NCBI GenBank assembly: GCA_964057225.1
Contig: OZ059898.1
Coordinates: 18,042,001 to 18,106,000, forward strand
DNA: 64,000 nucleotides
DNA from: Auanema rhodensis
Lineage: Eukaryota; Animalia; Nematoda
Reading direction: 5' to 3'
Positions 56,001 through 64,000 of the stretch are shown here, in pieces. The translations under genes and the position numbers were made by a program. Position 1 is the first letter of the stretch; each line of letters opens with the position of its first letter. The notes beneath the pieces were generated by a model. That model was not told the origin of the DNA. It did not search any database and saw nothing but the letters and a program-made list of their open reading frames with translations.

Positions 56001-59000
56001 TTTTTGCTAAATTATTTTGAAATTTTTTGAAAAAAATTTTTGTCAAAATGTTTTTGGAAGCAATGTTGAGTGTACATGGAAACTCAACATACACTAATGC
56101 ATCATTTTTCAAACGATCATAACTAATTTTTGTATTAAGCGTTTCTCAAAGTAGTATAGTGCATTCGATGCGGATTTTTAAGCTGCGTCGATCTGTGTTA
56201 TCAGATCTGCGCTAGCTTAAAAATGCACCGAGATATCAACTGATATAAGTTCACACTTATTTCCTCGATTTTCACCCTGAAGAATTAATTTTTTCGTTGA
56301 ATAACATTGTCCATCGTCTTTGCCTTGAAAAAAGGAATCTAAAAACATCTACTTTTTGCTAAATTATTTTGTAATTTTTTGAAAAAATTTTTGTCAAAAT
56401 GTTTTTGGAAGCAATGTTGAGTGTACATGGAAACTCAAAATACACTAATGCATCATTTTTCAAACGATCATAACTAATTTTTGTATAAAGCGTTTTTCAA
56501 TGTAGTATAGTGCATTCGATGCGGATTTTTAAGCTGCGTCGATCTGTGTTATCAGATTTGCGCTAGCTTAAAAATGCACCGAGATATCAACTGATATAAG
56601 TTCACACTTATTTCCTCGATTTTCACCCTGAAGAATTAATTTTTTCGTTGAAAAACATTGTCCATCGTGTTTGCCTTGAAAAAAGGAATCTAAAAACATC
56701 TACTTTTTGCTAAATTATTTTGAAATTTTTTGAAAAAATTTTTGTCAAAATGTTTTTGGAAGCAATGTTGAGTGTACATGGAAACTCAACATACACTAAT
56801 GCATCATTTTTCAAACGATCATAACTAAATTTTGTATAAAGCGTTTTTCAATGTAGTATAGTGCATTCGATGCGGATTTTTAAGCTGCGTCGATCTGTGT
56901 TATCAGATTTGCGCTAGCTTAAAAATGCACCGAGATATCAACTGATATAAGTTCACACTTATTTCCTCGATTTTCACCCTGAAGAATCAATTTTTTCGTT
57001 GAATAACATTGTCCATCGTCTTTGCCTTGAAAAAAGGAATCTAAAAACATCTACTTTTTGCTAAATTATTTTGAAATTTTTTGAAAAAATTTTTGTCAAA
57101 ATGTTTTTGGAAGCAATGTTGAGTGTACATGGAAACTCAACATACACTAATGCATCATTTTTCAAACGATCATAACTAATTTTTGTATAAAGCGTTTCTC
57201 AAAGTAGTATAGTGCATTCGATGCGGATTTTTAAGCTGCGTCGATCTGTGTTATCAGATTTGCGCTAGCTTAAAAATGCACCGAGATATCAACTGATATA
57301 AGTTCACACTTATTTCCTCGATTTTCACCCTGAAGAATTAATTTTTTCGTTGAATAACATTGTCCATCGTCTTTGCCTTGAAAAAAGGAATCTAAAAACA
57401 TCTTCTTTTTGCTAAATTATTTTGAAATTTTTTGAAAAAAATTTTTGTCAAAATGTTTTTGGAAGCAATGTTGAGTGTACATGGAAACTCAACATACACT
57501 AATGCATCATTTTTCAAACGATCATAACTAATTTTTGTATTAAGCGTTTCTCAAAGTAGTATAGTGCATTCGATGCGGATTTTTAAGCTGCGTCGATCTG
57601 TGTTATCAGATCTGCGCTAGCTTAAAAATGCACCGAGATATCAACTGATATAAGTTCACACTTATTTCCTCGATTTTCACCCTGAAGAATTAATTTTTTC
57701 GTTGAATAACATTGTCCATCGTCTTTGCCTTGAAAAAAGGAATCTAAAAACATCTACTTTTTGCTAAATTATTTTGTAATTTTTTGAAAAAATTTTTGTC
57801 AAAATGTTTTTGGAAGCAATGTTGAGTGTACATGGAAACTCAACATACACTAATGCATCATTTTTCAAACGATCATAACTAATTTTTGTATAAAGCGTTT
57901 TTCAATGTAGTATAGTGCATTCGATGCGGATTTTTAAGCTGCGTTGATCTGTGTTATCAGATTTGCGCTAGCTTAAAAATGCACCGAGATATCAACTGAT
58001 ATAAGTTCACACTTATTTCCTCGATTTTCACCCTGAAGAATCAATTTTTTCGTTGAATAACATTGTCCATCGTCTTTGCCTTGAAAAAAGGAATCTAAAA
58101 ACATCTACTTTTTGCTAAATTATTTTGAAATTTTTTGAAAAAATTTTTGTCAAAATGTTTTTGGAAGCAATGTTGAGTGTACATGGAAACTCAACATACA
58201 CTAATGCATCATTTTTCAAACGATCATAACTAATTTTTGTATAAAGCGTTTCTCAATGTAGTATAGTGCATTCGATGCGGATTTTCAAGCTGCGTCGATC
58301 TGTGTTATCAGATTTGCGCTAGCTTAAAAATGCACCGAGATATCAACTGATATAAGTTCACACTTATTTCCTCGATTTTCACCCTGAAGAATTAATTTTT
58401 TCGTTGAATAACATTGTCCATCGTCTTTGCCTTGAAAAAAGGAATCTAAAAACATCTTCTTTTTGCTAAATTATTTTGAAATTTTTTGAAAAAAATTTTT
58501 GTCAAAATGTTTTTGGAAGCAATGTTGAGTGTACATGGAAACTCAACATACACTAATGCATCATTTTTCAAACGATCATAACTAATTTTTGTATTAAGCG
58601 TTTCTCAAAGTAGTATAGTGCATTCGATGCGGATTTTTAAGCTGCGTCGATCTGTGTTATCAGATCTGCGCTAGCTTAAAAATGCACCGAGATATCAACT
58701 GATATAAGTTCACACTTATTTCCTCGATTTTCACCCTGAAGAATTAATTTTTTCGTTGAATAACATTGTCCATCGTCTTTGCCTTGAAAAAAGGAATCTA
58801 AAAACATCTACTTTTTGCTAAATTATTTTGTAATTTTTTGAAAAAATTTTTGTCAAAATGTTTTTGGAAGCAATGTTGAGTGTACATGGAAACTCAACAT
58901 ACACTAATGCATCATTTTTCAAACGATCATAACTAATTTTTGTATAAAGCGTTTTTCAATGTAGTATAGTGCATTCGATGCGGATTTTTAAGCTGCGTCG

Positions 59001-62000
59001 ATCTGTGTTATCAGATTTGCGCTAGCTTAAAAATGCACCGAGATATCAACTGATATAAGTTCACACTTATTTCCTCGATTTTCACCCTGAAGAATCAATT
59101 TTTTCGTTGAATAACATTGTCCATCGTCTTTGCCTTGAAAAAAGGAATCTAAAAACATCTACTTTTTGCTAAATTATTTTGAAATTTTTTGAAAAAATTT
59201 TTGTCAAAATGTTTTTGGAAGCAATGTTGAGTGTACATGGAAACTCAACATACACTAATGCATCATTTTTCAAACGATCATAACTAATTTTTGTATTAAG
59301 CGTTTCTCAAAGTAGTATAGTGCATTCGATGCGGATTTTTAAGCTGCGTCGATCTGTGTTATCAGATTTGCGCTAGCTTAAAAATGCACCGAGATATCAA
59401 CTGATATAAGTTCACACTTATATCCTCGATTTTCACCCTGAAGAATTAATTTTTTGGTTGAATAACATTGTCCATCGTGTTTGCCTTGAAAAAAGGAATC
59501 TAAAAACATCTACTTTTTGCTAAATTATTTTGAAATTTTTTGAAAAAATTTTTGTCAAAATGTTTTTGGAAGCAATGTTGAGTGTACATGGAAACTCAAC
59601 ATACACTAATGCATCATTTTTCAAACGATCATAACTAATTTTTGTATTAAGCGTTTCTCAATGTAGTATAGTGCATTCGATGCGGATTTTTAAGCTGCGT
59701 CGATCTGTGTTATCAGATTTGCGCTAGCTTAAAAATGCACCGAGATATCAACTGATATAAGTTCACACTTATTTCCTCGATTTTCACCCTGAAGAATTAA
59801 TTTTTTCGTTGAATAACATTGTCCATCGTCTTTGCCTTGAAAAAAGGAATCTAAAAACATCTTCTTTTTGCTAAATTATTTTGAAATTTTTTGAAAAAAA
59901 TTTTTGTCAAAATGTTTTTGGAAGCAATGTTGAGTGTACATGGAAACTCAACATACACTAATGCATCATTTTTCAAACGATCATAACTAATTTTTGTATA
60001 AAGCGTTTCTCAATGTAGTATAGTGCATTCGATGCGGATTTTTAAGCTGCGTCGATCTGTATTATCAGATTTGCGCTAGCTTAAAAATGCACCGAGATAT
60101 CAACTGATATAAGTTCACACTTATATCCTCGATTTTCACCCTGAAGAATTAATTTTTTTGTTGAATAACATTGTCCATCGTCTTTGCCTTGAAAAAAGGA
60201 ATTTAAAAACATCTACTTTTTGCTAAATTATTTTGAAATTTTTTGAAACAATTTTTGTCAAAATGTTTTTGGAAGCAATGTTGAGTGTACATGGAAACTC
60301 AACATACACTAATGCATCATTTTTCAAACGATCATAACTAATTTTTGTATTAAGCGTTTCTCAATGTAGTATAGTGCATTCGATGCGGATTTTTAAGCTG
60401 CGTCGATCTGTGTTATCAGATTTGCGCTAGCTTAAAAATGCACCGAGATATCAACTGAAATAAGTTCACACTTATATCCTCGATTTTCACCCTGAAGAAT
60501 TAATTTTTTTGTTGAAAAACATTGTCCATCGTGTTTGCCTTGAAAAAAGGAATCTAAAAACATCTACTTTTTGCTAAATTATTTTGAAATTTTTTGAAAA
60601 AATTTTTGTCAAAATGTTTTTGGAAGCAATGTTGAGTGTACATGGAAACTCAACATACACTAATGCATCATTTTTCAAACGATCATAACTAATTTTTGTA
60701 TTAAGCGTTTCTCAAAGTAGTATAGTGCATTCGATGCGGATTTTTAAGCTGCGTCGATCTGTGTTATCAGATTTGCGCTAGCTTAAAAATGCACCGAGAT
60801 ATCAACTGATATAAGTTCACACTTATATCCTCGATTTTCACCCTGAAGAATTAATTTTTTTGTTGAATAACGTTGTCCATCGTGTTTGCTTTGAAAAAAG
60901 GAATCTAAAAACATCTACTTTTTGCTAAATTATTTTGAAATTTTTTGAAAAAATTTTTGTCAAAATGTTTTTGGAAGCAATGTTGAGTGTACATGGAAAC
61001 TCAACATACACTAATGCATCATTTTTCAAACGATCATAACTAATTTTTGTATTAAGCGTTTCTCAATGTAGTATAGTGCATTCGATGCGGATTTTTAAGC
61101 TGCGTCGATCTGTGTTATCAGATTTGCGCTAGCTTAAAAATGCACCGAGATATCAACTGAAATAAGTTCACACTTATATCCTCGATTTTCACCCTGAAGA
61201 ATTAATTTTTTTGTTGAAAAACATTGTCCATCGTGTTTGCCTTGAAAAAAGGAATCTAAAAACATCTACTTTTTGCTAAATTATTTTGAAATTTTTTGAA
61301 AAAATTTTTGTCAAAATGTTTTTGGAAGCAATGTTGAGTGTACATGGAAACTCAACATACACTAATGCATCATTTTTCAAACGATCATAACTAATTTTTG
61401 TATTAAGCGTTTCTCAAAGTAGTATAGTGCATTCGATGCGGATTTTTAAGCTGCGTCGATCTGTGTTATCAGATTTGCGCTAGCTTAAAAATGCACCGAG
61501 ATATCAACTGATATAAGTTCACACTTATATCCTCGATTTTCACCCTGAAGAATTAATTTTTTTGTTGAATAACGTTGTCCATCGTGTTTGCCTTGAACAA
61601 AGGAATCTAAAAACATCTACTTTTTGCTAAATTATTTTGAAATTTTTTGAAAAAATTTTTGTCAAAATGTTTTTGGAAGCAATGTTGAGTGTACATGGAA
61701 ACTCAACATACACTAATGCATCATTTTTCAAACGATCATAACTAATTTTTGTATTAAGCGTTTCTCAAAGTTGTATAGTGCATTCGATGCGGATTTTTAA
61801 GCTGCGTCGATCTGTGTTATCAGATCTGCGCTAGCTTAAAAATGCACCGAGATATCAACTGATATAAGTTCACACTTATTTCCTCGATTTTCACCCTGAA
61901 GAATTAATTTTTTCGTTGAATAACATTGTCCATCGTCTTTGCCTTGAAAAAAGGAATCTAAAAACATCTACTTTTTGCTAAATTATTTTGAAATTTTTTG

Positions 62001-64000
62001 AAAAAATTTTTGTCAAAATGTTTTTGGAAGCAATGTTGAGTGTACATGGAAACTCAACATACACTAATGCATCATTTTTCAAACGATCATAACTAATTTT
62101 TGTATAAAGCGTTTTTCAATGTAGTATAGTGCATTCGATGCGGATTTTTAAGCTGCGTCGATCTGTGTTATCAGATTTGCGCTAGCTTAAAAATGCACCG
62201 AGATATCAACTGATATAAGTTCACACTTATTTCCTCGATTTTCACCCTGAAGAATTAATTTTTTCGTTGAATAACATTGTCCATCGTCTTTGCCTTGAAA
62301 AAAGGAATCTAAAAACATCTACTTTTTGCTAAATTATTTTGAAATTTTTTGAAAAAATTTTTGTCAAAATGTTTTTGGAAGCAATGTTGAGTGTACATGG
62401 AAACTCAACATACACTAATGCATCATTTTTCAAACGATCATAACTAATTTTTGTATTAAGCGTTTCTCAATGTAGTATAGTGCATTCGATGCGGATTTTT
62501 AAGCTGCGTCGATCTGTGTTATCAGATTTGCGCTAGCTTAAAAATGCACCGAGATATCAACTGAAATAAGTTCACACTTATATCCTCGATTTTCACCCTG
62601 AAGAACTAATTTTTTTGTTGAAAAACATTGTCCATCGTGTTTGCCTTGAAAAAAGGAATCTAAAAACATCTACTTTTTGCTAAATTATTTTGAAATTTTT
62701 TGAAAAAATTTTTGTCAAAATGTTTTTGGAAGCAATGTTGAGTGTACATGGAAACTCAACATACACTAATGCATCATTTTTCAAACGATCATAACTAATT
62801 TTTGTATTAAGCGTTTCTCAAAGTAGTATAGTGCATTCGATGCGGATTTTTAAGCTGCGTCGATCTGTGTTATCAGATTTGCGCTAGCTTAAAAATGCAC
62901 CGAGATATCAACTGATATAAGTTCACACTTATATCCTCGATTTTCACCCTGAAGAATTAATTTTTTTGTTGAATAACATTGTCCATCGTCTTTGCCTTAA
63001 AAAAAGGAATCTAAAAACATCTACTTTTTGCTAAATTATTTTGAAATTTTTTGAAAAAATTTTTGTCAAAATGTTTTTGGAAGCAATGTTGAGTGTACAT
63101 GGAAACTCAACATACACTAATGCATCATTTTTCAAACAATCATAACTAATTTTTGTATAAAGCGTTTCTCAATGTAGTATAGTGCATTCGATGCGGATTT
63201 TTAAGCTGCGTCGATCTGTGTTATCAGATTTGCGCTAGCTTAAAAATGCACCGAGATATCAACTGATATAAGTTCACACTTATATCCTCGATTTTCACCC
63301 TGAAGAATTAATTTTTTCGTTGAAAAACATTTTCCATCGTGTTTGCCTTGAAAAAAGGAATCTAAAAACATCTACTTTTTGCTAAATTATTTTGAAATTT
63401 TTCGAAAAAATTTTTGTCAAAATGTTTTTGGAAGCAATGTTGAGTGTACATGGAAACTCAACATACACTAATGCATCATTTTTCAAACGATCATAACTAA
63501 TTTTTGTATTAAGCGTTTCTCAATGTAGTATAGTGCATTCGATGCGGATTTTTAAGCTGCGTCGATCTGTGTTATCAGATTTGCGCTAGCTTAAAAATGC
63601 ACCGAGATATCAACTGATATAAGTTCACACTTATATCCTCGATTTTCACCCTGAAGAATTAATTTTTTCGTTGAATAACATTGTCCATCGTCTTTGCCTT
63701 GAAAAAAGGAATCTAAAAACATCTTCTTTTTGCTAAATTATTTTGAAATTTTTTGAAAAAAATTTTTGTCAAAATGTTTTTGGAAGCAATGTTGAGTGTA
63801 CATGGAAACTCAACATACACTAATGCATCATTTTTCAAACGATCATAACTAATTTTTGTATAAAGCGTTTCTCAATGTAGTATAGTGCATTCGATGCGGA
63901 TTTTTAAGCTGCGTCGATCTGTATTATCAGATTTGCGCTAGCTTAAAAATGCACCGAGATATCAACTGATATAAGTTCACACTTATATCCTCGATTTTCA

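Larger units (their letters stand above)
41291..64000. repeat. Tandem satellite array B, 351/352-bp monomer, ~64.7 copies; continues beyond the right edge of the window
   Basis: GTCAAAATGTTTTTGGAAGCAATG recurs at 41303, 41655, 42006, 42357, 42708 ... 63768. 63768-41303 = 22465 = 64x351 + 13 (thirteen 352-bp copies) - 12 (one deletion). Confidence 0.99.

Noticed and set aside
1-64000. CRISPR-like or repeat-spacer array
   Set aside because: The palindromic motifs are separated by near-identical sequence, with no unique spacers, leader or cas genes.
41291-64000. Array B as a known 359/360-bp satellite (Drosophila 1.688, Tribolium TCAST1) or as a coding repeat (351 = 117 codons)
   Set aside because: The period is 351/352, and the sequence does not match what I recall of those families. 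The ORF track shows no ORF here and 352-bp copies would shift the frame. A Dfam/Repbase/nt search is needed for identification.

Overview
The window is non-coding, AT-rich tandem satellite DNA of eukaryotic type, with two head-to-tail arrays meeting at a sharp junction. Array A (1 to ~41256) has a 176-bp monomer (~33% GC). It contains 234 full copies plus a partial one, and only five internal indels (+8, +4, +23, +4, -1) account exactly for the register. Array B (41291 to the window end) has a 351/352-bp monomer (~31% GC). It contains 64 full copies plus a partial one; 13 copies are 352 bp and one has a 12-bp deletion. A ~34-bp linker joins the arrays and contains an inverted copy of array-B sequence. 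Both ORF-track entries are artefacts of one stop-removing SNP carried in a duplicated block. I found no genes, RNA genes, transposons or CRISPR arrays, and no evidence of a protein-based novel system. The notable observations are structural: the 1:2 monomer length ratio, the junction architecture, nested duplications readable from private SNPs, dense dyad symmetry, and variants at mirror positions of quasi-palindromes. I do not recognise the satellite families or the species. A centromeric or pericentromeric location is plausible but is inference only. All counts were made by eye and by arithmetic on coordinates.
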